The position numbers and the translations under genes are program-made. A stretch of 64,000 nucleotides of DNA, taken from assembly GCA_050700355.1 (NCBI GenBank), contig JBOHHE010000057.1:24163-88162 (forward strand). The letters are read 5' to 3'. The notes under the pieces are model-generated. The model was not told where the DNA came from and did not search any database. It worked only from the letters and a program-made list of their open reading frames with translations. Origin of the DNA: Pseudonocardiaceae bacterium. GTDB taxonomy: Bacteria > Actinomycetota > Actinomycetes > Mycobacteriales > Pseudonocardiaceae. Of this stretch, positions 40,775-49,498 are shown one piece after another (position 1 is the stretch's first letter; every line of letters begins with the position of its first letter).

Positions 40775-41761
40775 CTACGCGGTGTCCGTCACCGCGTAAC
40801 ATGGCCCTTGCCGCTGAGCTGAAGCACGGCGTTTCCGGACACGCAGCTCGCCTAGAGCGGCTTGGCAGCCAACCGCTCCTCTGCTCCGGAACGCTTCGTC
40901 GAGTCTTTCGAACAACTCAGTCGGCTCGCATAGATCCGCCGCAGTCGCGCGAATAGTAATCCACCCACGCCGTCGCAGGTCGCGGTCACGCCGAGCGTCC
41001 CGGTCCTTGCGATTCTCGTGCGCCTCGTAGCCGTCGTATTCCAGTGCGATGCGCAGCGACGGCCAACACAGATCGAGGACATACAGGACGACATCAAGAG
41101 TGTCGACCACCTTGAATTGATCCACCGGTGGCGGGAAGCCCGCCTCCACCACGAGGAGTTTCAGCCAACTCTCCGGTGGTGAATCGGCCCTGCCCGTCAC
41201 CAGCGGGAGGAGTCCGTTCGCGCGGGCGGTACCTCGACGATCTGCTCGGGCACTCAGCCGGCTGGCGATTTGTAGCCGAAATTCCGGCCGCTCAAGCTCC
41301 GGGAACAGGCCAGCCGCTTGATCTGCCACAGCGAGGGCCCGTCTGGCTACATCGGTACAGAGCAATTCGGTGACAGCGACGTCGAGGGGGACCGTGCGCA
41401 GACCTCGTACATCGATCACCTCCTCCAACAACTTACGACCCTGATGGACGACCAGACCTTCCCTCACCCGCAACGATCGCGAGTACGGCACCACCACGTG
41501 CACGATGCAGGACTCCGCAGCTGAGCAACCTTGTAACCAGGCCGCCGTGAGACCCGTGAGCGCTGCCGTGGAACCCGTCGCGAGCAATGCTGCTGACGCC
41601 CGAATGAACGGATCCAGGACCATCTCACGTGGGATCAGCACGCCCCAGAGCTGCCTGATCCGGCCATCAGCGAGCATCCGTTCGAGGGACCGGCGACCGA
41701 GTTCGGCACGCAGCTCGGCGTGCGTCCATGGACCTCGTAGGTGTTCCGGGAGACCGACCAT
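40775..41761 (-). CDS. DUF559 / Vsr-like endonuclease-fold domain protein
   Basis: C-terminal LRIALEYDGYEAHENRKDRDARRDRDLRRRGW motif. I chose the start at M48 of the ORF (MVGLPEHL); the ORF extends to 41902. Confidence 0.7.
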   Translation of the reverse strand: MVGLPEHLRGPWTHAELRAELGRRSLERMLADGRIRQLWGVLIPREMVLDPFIRASAALLATGSTAALTGLTAAWLQGCSAAESCIVHVVVPYSRSLRVREGLVVHQGRKLLEEVIDVRGLRTVPLDVAVTELLCTDVARRALAVADQAAGLFPELERPEFRLQIASRLSARADRRGTARANGLLPLVTGRADSPPESWLKLLVVEAGFPPPVDQFKVVDTLDVVLYVLDLCWPSLRIALEYDGYEAHENRKDRDARRDRDLRRRGWITIRATAADLCEPTELFERLDEAFRSRGAVGCQAALGELRVRKRRASAQRQGPCYAVTDTA

Positions 41762-41874
41762 GCCTTGAGCATCACCGCGTGGACTACCCGGGCGCGAGCC
41801 CCAGAGCGTGCAGCTGTGGACACCTACCCCCGATGTGGACAACCAGCGACTACGCGCCAACGCCGATTTGACAG

Positions 41875-41984
41875 CCTTGGTGCCCGGTACACCGGGCACC
41901 AAGGCCTGACACGCCAGGCATCAACGCACGACACACCGAGCATCAGGGCCTGACACACCGGGCATGGGGGGCTGACATGCGGGA
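41875..41984 (+). repeat. 22-bp tandem repeat x5, degenerate (same family, locus 3)
   Basis: ccttggtgcccggtacaccggg / caccaaggcctgacacgccagg / catcaacgcacgacacaccgag / catcagggcctgacacaccggg / catggggggctgacatgcggga. Confidence 0.8.
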
Positions 41985-41988
41985 GGGT

Positions 41989-43257
41989 TTAGGTGAGGGC
42001 GGATAGGGCTGCGTGCACCATGACTCGCACACCGAGGGAGAGCGCGCGCTCGTCGATGTTGAAGGTGGGCTGGTGCAGATCGAGCTGCGGACCATCGCCG
42101 GGCCAGACGCCCAGGCGGGCCAACGAACCGGGCACGTGCTCGAGGTACCAGCCGAAGTCCTCGCCGCCGGAGGACTGCTCGGTCGTGACCACGGCATCCT
42201 TGCCGAGGGCGCTCTCAGCACCTTGACGCAGCAGTTGGGTGCTGACCGAGTCGTTGACGACCGGAGGCACCCCGCGCACGTATTTGAGATCGAACCCGAC
42301 GCCGGTGGGCGCGAGCAGCGCGGTGACCAGCTCACGGGCCAGCGGAGCCAGACTGGCCCAGATGTCGCGATCGCCGGTTCGCAGAGTGCCACGTAGTACC
42401 CCTTCTCGTGGCATCGCGTTGTGGGCTTGGCCTGCCTTGACCGCGCCCCAGACGAGCACCGTGGCCGAACGTGGATCAACGCGCCGGGACAGCAGGGTAG
42501 GCAGGCCGGTGATCACGGTGCCGAGTGCATGAATGAGATCCGAGGTGAGATGGGGGCGCGAGGTATGCCCGCCAGGCGAGGAGAGCTGCAGCTCAAGCAT
42601 GTCGGTCGCCGACGTGATCGCCCCGACGCGGGTGCCGATCCGGCCGACCCGCAACCGGGGGTCGCAGTGCAGGGCGAAAATCCGGTCAACACCGAAAAGG
42701 CCCTCCGCGGCGATCACGTCCTGCGCGCCACCGGGCTGCTCTTCGGCCGGCTGGAAGATCAAGCGGATTCGGCCCGGCAACGCTGGGGCGGATGCGAGGG
42801 CGAGTGCTGTGCCGATCAGGATAGCCGTGTGTGCATCGTGCCCACAGGCATGCATCACGTTGCCCATGGTGGATGCAAAGGGCAGCCCGGTTTCCTCCTG
42901 CATCGGCAATGCGTCGAGATCGGCGCGCAGCGCGACGCACCGTGGACCAGAACCGATGTCGCAGATCAAACCGGTGCCTCCGGGCAGCGCCCTCGGGCGC
43001 AGACCCGCGGCAACGAGCTGGTCGGCGACCAGCGCGGTGGTGGTGTGCTCGTGGTAAGCGAGTTCTGGGTGGGCATGAATCTGCCTGCGCAAGGACACTA
43101 CCTTGGCGCTGTGGATCGATAGCCACGCGTCCAACCAGGACGGACCCCGCCCGGCGGCGAGGTCGATCGGCGCGGCGATTAGCGACGTCCCGATTCGGCT
43201 TTTCGACGTCGAGGATGGTTGGAGCAGCATGTCAGGACGGGAATCCAGCACGGTCAT
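41989..43257 (-). CDS. M20-family amidohydrolase (N-acyl-L-amino-acid amidohydrolase type, AmiB1-like)
   Basis: HAHPELAYHE, MHACGHDAH and FQPAEE motifs. The start is uncertain (43287, 43257 or 43230). Confidence 0.85.
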   Translation of the reverse strand: MTVLDSRPDMLLQPSSTSKSRIGTSLIAAPIDLAAGRGPSWLDAWLSIHSAKVVSLRRQIHAHPELAYHEHTTTALVADQLVAAGLRPRALPGGTGLICDIGSGPRCVALRADLDALPMQEETGLPFASTMGNVMHACGHDAHTAILIGTALALASAPALPGRIRLIFQPAEEQPGGAQDVIAAEGLFGVDRIFALHCDPRLRVGRIGTRVGAITSATDMLELQLSSPGGHTSRPHLTSDLIHALGTVITGLPTLLSRRVDPRSATVLVWGAVKAGQAHNAMPREGVLRGTLRTGDRDIWASLAPLARELVTALLAPTGVGFDLKYVRGVPPVVNDSVSTQLLRQGAESALGKDAVVTTEQSSGGEDFGWYLEHVPGSLARLGVWPGDGPQLDLHQPTFNIDERALSLGVRVMVHAALSALT

Positions 43258-44231
43258 AATGCACCTCCGGCGGTGGCCTCGACACATTGTGGCGTCGGGA
43301 CACTCCGCCGATTAGTTGATCTCGCTGCGCGTCATCGGTGGCCGCCGCCAGTGCGGTGCGCGCCAGGGCCAGTGCCCCCTCGCACACTGCACGATCCGCC
43401 GAGGGCATGACACCTGCCGTGGCGAACTCGGGCTGGTGGTTCACCGCGTCATCACAGTCGATCGCGATGGTCGGATGGATAGCAGGCAGCGTGACGGACA
43501 CGTTGCCCATGTCAGTACTGCCGGTCTGGCGGCGCTGCTCGTCCTCGGGGCTCAGCAGGGAGCGACCGAACCCGGTGATAGCCGTGCGATAAGCCTCGGC
43601 GAGCCAGGCGTCGGGGACGAGCTGGGTGCAGACCGGGGAAACCTGAAACAGCGCCGAGGTGTTTGTCGGGATCATATTGGGCGCGGCTGCGGCATGCGCC
43701 GCAGTGCCGGTGTGGTGCAGCTGAAAGTCGGTGATGGTCAGCGAAGAAGGGACACAGGTCTCCTCCGGTGCTGGGTGAACCATCCTCGCCATAGCCACGT
43801 CGTCGAATACCCCTCGTTCCAAGAGAGGCACTTTGCCCCCGCCCGACTCTTCGGCAGACGCGCCCACCAACTTGATCGTCAGATCGAGCCGGTTCGCGAT
43901 CTCTCCCCGAGCCGGCGGCGCTCCGGGGGAGACGCCGCAGCGATAACGTTACGGCCGCGGGCGGGCCCGATTCCGACAGCGCGTCGTACTCCGCGTACCG
44001 CCCGATGATCATTTTCTCCGGTCCGTAAGTCGCGGTGAACACGGTGTCCAAGCTAGCTATACCCCGCGTGACCTCGAAACCCTCGGCCTCGACGAGGTCG
44101 GTCGCCTCGGCGACGCTACGGTGCTCGGCGAAGGTCAGCTCAGGTTGGGCGTCGACGCTGGGTGACGACCCGCAGCAAGCGACGAGTCGCCGTTCGACGG
44201 AGGTAGCCAGAACGACAGCACCTGAGTACAC
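43232..44231 (-). pseudogene. M20-family amidohydrolase pseudogene (two or more frameshifts)
   Basis: The N-terminal part (...FAEHRS...YAEYDALS) lies in one frame and the C-terminal part (IKLVGASAEESGGGK...) in another. The joining segment in the third frame reads GIGPARGRNVIAAAS. Confidence 0.6.
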
Positions 44232-44312
44232 CCGGCAATTCTGCCTGATCGGGTGATACTTCTCCGAGTCCGCCGAAACGGGGATTTCACCGCCGGGTCA
44301 GGTCAGGCGCGA

Positions 44313-45233
44313 CTATGGATCTATGAGGCTGCGGGCTCCTTGACGGAGCAGCGCGGCGCCGACGGAGACGCCGAGAGCGGCGGGATCGTCAGCCGGACCC
44401 CACTCATGGGCGTCGTGCCAACGGCTGCCATCGAGGCTGAAGACCATGGCACGCAACGAGAGCGCGCCATGCGGCTCGGTGCTGGCATAACCGGCGATTG
44501 GGCTGTTGCAGTGACCCTGCAACGTGTGCAGCATCGTGCGTTCAGCGATGGCGTGGCGGGTGGCGTCGGCGTCGGTCAGTCGGCTGGCCAGCTGGCGGAG
44601 CGGGGAGTCGGTGGTGCGGCATTGCAGGACGATGATGCCTGCGCCGATGGGGGGACACATGACATCGACTGACAAGACCTCACTGACGCGATCAGTGAGG
44701 CCGAGCCGGTGCAGGCCGGACATGGCCAGGACGATGGCGTCGAAGTGGCCTTCATCGAGCCGCATGAGTCGGGTGTTGGCGTTACCCCGCAGTGGGGCGA
44801 TGGCCAGGTGGGGAAAGCGCAGCCGAAGCTGCGCGGCGCGGCGCACGCTGCTGGTGCCGACGACCGCACCCTCGGGCAGATCCGCGAGGCGCTCGCCGGT
44901 GCGGGTGAGGGCGGCGTCGCGGATGTCCTCGCGGGCGAGGTAAGCGGCGAAGGTGGTCCCGGACGGAGGTGGCACATCGCCGGGAATGTCCTTGAGACAG
45001 TGCACGGCGAGGTCGATCTCCTCGTCGAGCAGGGCGCGGTCGATGTCGCGGACGAAGGCTCCCTTGCCACCGAGTTTCGAAAGGTCGCCCAGCCACATGT
45101 CCCCACTCGTGGTGATCTTGACGAGTTCGACACTGAGGTCAGGATCGTGCGCGTGCAGGTCAGTGCTGACCTGCTCGGCCTGGTGCACCGCCATCGGACT
45201 GGCGCGGGTGCCGATTTTGATCAGACGCGGCAT
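44313..45233 (-). CDS. hemC: hydroxymethylbilane synthase (porphobilinogen deaminase)
   Basis: IKIGTRASPMAVHQA, ITTSGD and the cofactor Cys context LQGHCNSPIAGYA. Confidence 0.9.
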   Translation of the reverse strand: MPRLIKIGTRASPMAVHQAEQVSTDLHAHDPDLSVELVKITTSGDMWLGDLSKLGGKGAFVRDIDRALLDEEIDLAVHCLKDIPGDVPPPSGTTFAAYLAREDIRDAALTRTGERLADLPEGAVVGTSSVRRAAQLRLRFPHLAIAPLRGNANTRLMRLDEGHFDAIVLAMSGLHRLGLTDRVSEVLSVDVMCPPIGAGIIVLQCRTTDSPLRQLASRLTDADATRHAIAERTMLHTLQGHCNSPIAGYASTEPHGALSLRAMVFSLDGSRWHDAHEWGPADDPAALGVSVGAALLRQGARSLIDP

Positions 45234-45284
45234 GAGGAAACCTTACGGGTCGGGCGCGGGCGGCCAGGGGCAGGTTGGTTGCGA

Positions 45285-47915
45285 TCAGGCATCGTTGCGG
45301 GGCCCGGGCAGCGCGACGTCGACGCTGGGAGCCACGCCGACGCTGAGTTCCACTCGGGTGGCGACGGGAGGGTAGCCGGTGGCGGTGAGCGTGAGGTTGC
45401 CCTCGGGCAACTCGTCGAAGACGTAGTCACCTGTCTGTCCGGTGATGGCCGCACCGAGCACGGTGCCGTCGACGTCCAAGACGGTGACCAGAGCTTCCTC
45501 GATCGGTTTGCCGGTGGTGGCCGAGCGCACCGTGCCCGTGAGACGGGCGCGGGCAGCCAGGTCGATGTTTCGTTCGAGCCGGACGCCTGCCGGCACGGTG
45601 ACCGCCATGGCCCTCGGACGACAGCGCTCGGCCACAGCCGCCAGCGTGTAGGTGCCACCGGGTAGCTCGTGGACGATATACCTGCCCTCGAGGTCGGTCG
45701 TGGCGATCGCCACGACATTGCCCGCCACGTCGACGAGGGTGACCAGCGCCCCGGGCACGCCGTGCGGTGCGCTGTCGGCACGCACCGAACCCGTCAGCGT
45801 CCCCGCCGCGGTCCGTCCGAGGTCGTGGCGCAGCCGCAGCGCGCGGGCAGCCCGCGGTGGCATCCACCAGTTCGCCCGCCCCAGCAACGTGACGATCGCA
45901 GGGGTCAGCACAGCCCGGACCACGAGCGCATCAATGGCGATGCCCAGGGCCAACGCGGTGGCCAGGATCTTGACTTCGATCTCCGGGACGGTGGAGAGCG
46001 CGACGAACGCAAGGAACAGAATCAACGCTCCGGACGTCACCAGCCGCCCGGTGTAAGAAATGCCGTTCACCACGGCTTGGTCGGTGGAGCCGGCGCGATC
46101 GTATTCCTCACGCATCCGGGCGAGGATGAACAGCTCGTAGTCCATGGACAGGCCGAAGAGGAAGGCGAATACCGCGATCGGCGCCCAGGTGGTGATCGCC
46201 CCGCTGGGCTCGCTGCCGAATATGGTCTGGGTCAGCCAACCGTGCTGCCAGATGAGCACGGTGATCCCATAGGCCGCGCCGATGGACAACACGTTCAACA
46301 CCAACGCCTTGACCGGCAGCACCACCGAGCGCAACGCACGCGCCAGCAACACGAGGGTGACGATGATGATCACTACCACCACGACGGGCGCGCTGCCGTA
46401 CACCACGTCGACGAAGTCGAGATCCTCAGCCGCGCTGCCACCCACCTGAGTAGTCGGAAGGTCGGCCATCGTGGCCCGGACCCGTTCGACGGTGCTCTTG
46501 CCGGCCGAGCTGGCCGGGTCGTCCTCGGTCCAGACCTGCACCAGCGCGGCGTCACCCGCAGTCCAGCCCGCACCACCCGGAGCCAGCGCAGCGGCGACGC
46601 CGGGAGTGTCCGTCAGCCGTTGCACCGCATCGTCGGGCGCCGTGGTGAGGACTTCGATCGGGCGAAACACCCCTCGGGGCACCCCGGCGTCTCCCAGCTC
46701 CCCGGCCACCTCGCCCGCGGTGTCGCCCGCCGGATACGCGTCGATCTGCGGCGCGCCGAGTTGCAGGGTGAACACCGGGGCCGCCAGCGCCAGAAGCAGA
46801 CCGGTGGCCGCGAGGACAGCGAGCCGGGGCCGGCGCGTCATCGCCTGGGCGATCGCCGCCCAGCGCCGGCTGTGTGGGTCCCGCGGGCGGCGGCGCGGCC
46901 ATTCGAGCCATGGCCCAGCGGTGGACAGGATCACCGGCAGCAAGGTGACCGCAACCGCGACGCTGAGCAGCGGAATGAGCAGGCCGCCGTAGCCGATGCT
47001 GCGCAGGAACGGCACCGGAATCGCGACCAACGCCGCCAGGGACACCGCTACCGTGATGCCACTGAAAATCACGGACCGACCCGCGGTCTCCATCGCCGTA
47101 TGCACGGCCGCGGTGTTCTCCGCGCCTCGCGAACGCTCCTCACGCCATCTCATGACGATCAGCAGCGCATAGTCGATGGCCACGCCGAGACCGATCAATG
47201 TGGCGAGGAACTGCACGACGAACGAGACATCGGTGATGGCGGTCAAACCGAGCAAGCACAGAAATGTGGTTAGAATCGACACGCTTGCGATGAGCAACGG
47301 CACCGCGGCGAGCAGCGAGCTGAACACAAGAACCAACACCACGAACGCACCTACGCCACCGAGGATGACTTCGAAGAACAGGCCGCGGTCCTCGGCAACC
47401 GGCGAGGTTTCCAGCAGCTCGACTCCGGTGAGCCGTAGCGGTGCGCCCGCTACCTCCACGTCCGCGACCGCGGCCTCCAATGCGGGCCGCGCTGCGGCGT
47501 ACGGCTCCGGCCCGGGGGTCGGGGGTGGATAGACCAACGCGAACGTCGTCCGCTGGTCCGCACTCAGGAACGCCGGATTCTGCGTGCTGGGGTACGAGGC
47601 GATTCTGGCACCGGGCACAACGGAGGTGACCTGGTTCACCGCCGTGGTGAACTGATCCTGCACGGCTTGGTCGGTGACCGAGCTGCCGTTCGGCACGGTG
47701 AGCGTGAGCAGTAAGGGATCGTTCACCCCACCCGAGCCGACCTGCTCGACGATCTCCTGATTCGCCTCATACGCGGGCTGGCCGGGCAACGCGAAATCAT
47801 AACTCAGGGCGTCCACCGTCCGCGGAGCCAGTGCCCCACCCAGCCCCGCCAGACCCACCCAGAAAAGTACGACCACCATCCGGTACTGCAACACCCAGCC
47901 GGTCCAGACCCGCAT
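45285..47915 (-). CDS. MMPL-family RND-type transporter with two C-terminal carboxypeptidase-regulatory-like beta-sandwich repeats
   Basis: 12-TM MMPL layout. The C-terminal ~175 aa hold two units of the pattern LTGxV...G.P..GALVTLxD.xG....A.TD..G.Y.F..LP.G.YTL. Confidence 0.85.
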   Translation of the reverse strand: MRVWTGWVLQYRMVVVLFWVGLAGLGGALAPRTVDALSYDFALPGQPAYEANQEIVEQVGSGGVNDPLLLTLTVPNGSSVTDQAVQDQFTTAVNQVTSVVPGARIASYPSTQNPAFLSADQRTTFALVYPPPTPGPEPYAAARPALEAAVADVEVAGAPLRLTGVELLETSPVAEDRGLFFEVILGGVGAFVVLVLVFSSLLAAVPLLIASVSILTTFLCLLGLTAITDVSFVVQFLATLIGLGVAIDYALLIVMRWREERSRGAENTAAVHTAMETAGRSVIFSGITVAVSLAALVAIPVPFLRSIGYGGLLIPLLSVAVAVTLLPVILSTAGPWLEWPRRRPRDPHSRRWAAIAQAMTRRPRLAVLAATGLLLALAAPVFTLQLGAPQIDAYPAGDTAGEVAGELGDAGVPRGVFRPIEVLTTAPDDAVQRLTDTPGVAAALAPGGAGWTAGDAALVQVWTEDDPASSAGKSTVERVRATMADLPTTQVGGSAAEDLDFVDVVYGSAPVVVVVIIIVTLVLLARALRSVVLPVKALVLNVLSIGAAYGITVLIWQHGWLTQTIFGSEPSGAITTWAPIAVFAFLFGLSMDYELFILARMREEYDRAGSTDQAVVNGISYTGRLVTSGALILFLAFVALSTVPEIEVKILATALALGIAIDALVVRAVLTPAIVTLLGRANWWMPPRAARALRLRHDLGRTAAGTLTGSVRADSAPHGVPGALVTLVDVAGNVVAIATTDLEGRYIVHELPGGTYTLAAVAERCRPRAMAVTVPAGVRLERNIDLAARARLTGTVRSATTGKPIEEALVTVLDVDGTVLGAAITGQTGDYVFDELPEGNLTLTATGYPPVATRVELSVGVAPSVDVALPGPRNDA

Positions 47916-48022
47916 GCTCTATCTCCTCGGCGACCGCGGTCGGTCGCAGCTCGGTATGAAGGAAGCCCATGCTAACCGGCGCGCATCGAGGATTTCTCAG
48001 CATACGTTAAAAAGACACTACG

Positions 48023-48694
48023 CTAGTGTGCGGAGGTGACTCCGGAATCCATCCCGATGACCAAGGAACAGACCTGCTTGGCGATCGCCACCGCATGGTC
48101 GGCGAAGCGCTCATAGTAGTGGCCAATGAGTACGACGTGGGCGGCCGGCCCTGGCCCGTGTGACCAGTTCTCGGCGAGCGCGATACAGGACAGCTGGCGG
48201 CGTAGGGCGTCAACCTCGTCGTCAGCTCGGATCAGCCGGTCGCTGGCCAGCGGGTCCAGCCTCTCGATCGCGGTGGCTGCTTGGTGCGCAAGTCCACTGG
48301 CGAGCAGGCTCAGCTGGGCGATCAGCGTGCGGACGTCTTCCGGGATGGCGAGATTCGGATGGGTGAGACGGACGATCTTGGCGATGCACTGGGCCAGGTG
48401 ACCCATGTGCTGTAGATCACCCACTGTGTTCAGGGCCGTGACCACCGCCGACAGATCGGTAGCGGCCGGGGCGTACCGCGTGAGCAGCGTGCGACAGCGC
48501 CGCCTCGCGTCGTGGTGCTGGAGCTCCAGCTCCTCACCCCGAGCGATCACCAGCTCGGCGAGCGTCAGATCGGCCTGGAGCAGCGCCGCCGATGCATTGA
48601 TCATGATCTGACTGACCAGCCGACCCATGCCAGCGAGATCTCTCATCAGTTCATCCAGCTCGGCGGAAAACGCTATCCGCATCAGCCGCACCAT
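48023..48694 (-). CDS. PhoU-domain protein
   Basis: Two PhoU-like helical repeats, ending in the typical GHYYERFADHAVAIA motif. Confidence 0.75.
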   Translation of the reverse strand: MVRLMRIAFSAELDELMRDLAGMGRLVSQIMINASAALLQADLTLAELVIARGEELELQHHDARRRCRTLLTRYAPAATDLSAVVTALNTVGDLQHMGHLAQCIAKIVRLTHPNLAIPEDVRTLIAQLSLLASGLAHQAATAIERLDPLASDRLIRADDEVDALRRQLSCIALAENWSHGPGPAAHVVLIGHYYERFADHAVAIAKQVCSLVIGMDSGVTSAH

Positions 48695-48730
48695 AGGTAC
48701 CGCCGCAGCACCAGCAGTCCGGTAGCGTCG

Positions 48731-49036
48731 TCACACATCCAGGTAACCCAAACCAGACGGAGTAGCCGCAACAGGAGCCGGCTTAGCGTCGATGAGGCGC
48801 TCGGCACTTCCGTACAGCAGTGGCAGCGCACCGACCAATTCCTTGCCGATGTGGTTCAGGCTTATCACACCAGGCCCAATTAACTCGGCCTGGTCACGAA
48901 TATTCTTGACACTCTGCAGGCAGTCGCCGAGATTTTCTGCAATTCGGTTGAGTAGCATGCCCACCAGGAAAAGATAGTTCGTCAGAACAGCAACCAACAA
49001 CACTATGACGATTACTGTCAAGGCAACAAGAGTCAC
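48731..49036 (-). CDS. small single-pass membrane protein, hypothetical
   Basis: GTG start, N-terminal TM helix (LVALTVIVIVLLVAVLTNYLFLV) and lower GC. Confidence 0.45.
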   Translation of the reverse strand: MTLVALTVIVIVLLVAVLTNYLFLVGMLLNRIAENLGDCLQSVKNIRDQAELIGPGVISLNHIGKELVGALPLLYGSAERLIDAKPAPVAATPSGLGYLDV

Positions 49037-49039
49037 GTC

Positions 49040-49100
49040 TAAATCCTTTCCAATCGGAGTGTCGCCAATGGGAATGTCGCCAATGGGAATGTCGCCAATG
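49040..49100 (+). repeat. 15-bp tandem repeat (gtcgccaatgggaat) x3 plus partial flanking copies
   Basis: Perfect copies at 49051-49065, 49066-49080 and 49081-49095, with degenerate copies on both sides. The array begins 4 nt upstream of the small membrane protein start. Confidence 0.85.
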
Positions 49101-49498
49101 GGAATGTCGGAAGTGCGGCCACGGTCAGCGTGACCCGGTGGACAGCCCGGTCGCCGATCACTGCCACAGCCGGCGTCCGCCCCGTGGTGGGGTCACCGTG
49201 GGTGCCGCCGGTCGGGCTGCCGTCGTGGTCATCAGAGTCAGCCGGGCGCAGAGTGGCGAGCAGGCCGATCATGGGCAGGACCTCCATGCCGAACCGCATC
49301 CTGCGGCCACCTTCCGACGAGGATCACTCAAGCACATACTGTTTCCGTAAAAACGGATTGTCAAGATGCTATCACCCGCATATACGGATGATACAGACTT
49401 TAATCTTCTCATGAGCGGATATGATACGAGCTGGAGGGAAGGTACGCGGACATGGGGCAGGCTGACGAGCCGGGCCGTCGTCACCCTCGAGGTGCCCG

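Noticed and set aside
45669-47273. 534-aa + strand ORF; a similar case is 51365-52603 on the + strand
   Set aside because: Both lie antisense to the MMPL and VWA genes respectively, with highly charged Arg/Gly/Asp-rich composition and no motifs.
49039-49299. 86-aa ORF with a TFPLATFPLATFPLA repeat
   Set aside because: The peptide repeat is simply the translation of the 15-bp DNA tandem repeat. The rest of the ORF is low-complexity with no start context.
49300-49498. AT-rich 200-nt leader before the PBP-like gene, considered as a cobalamin riboswitch or IdeR/iron box
   Set aside because: I found no B12-box-like core (…GCCACTG…), no GGTGAAA-type conserved stem motifs and no TTAGGTTAGGCTAACCTAA-like palindrome. 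Only a GGGAAGGT fragment is present.
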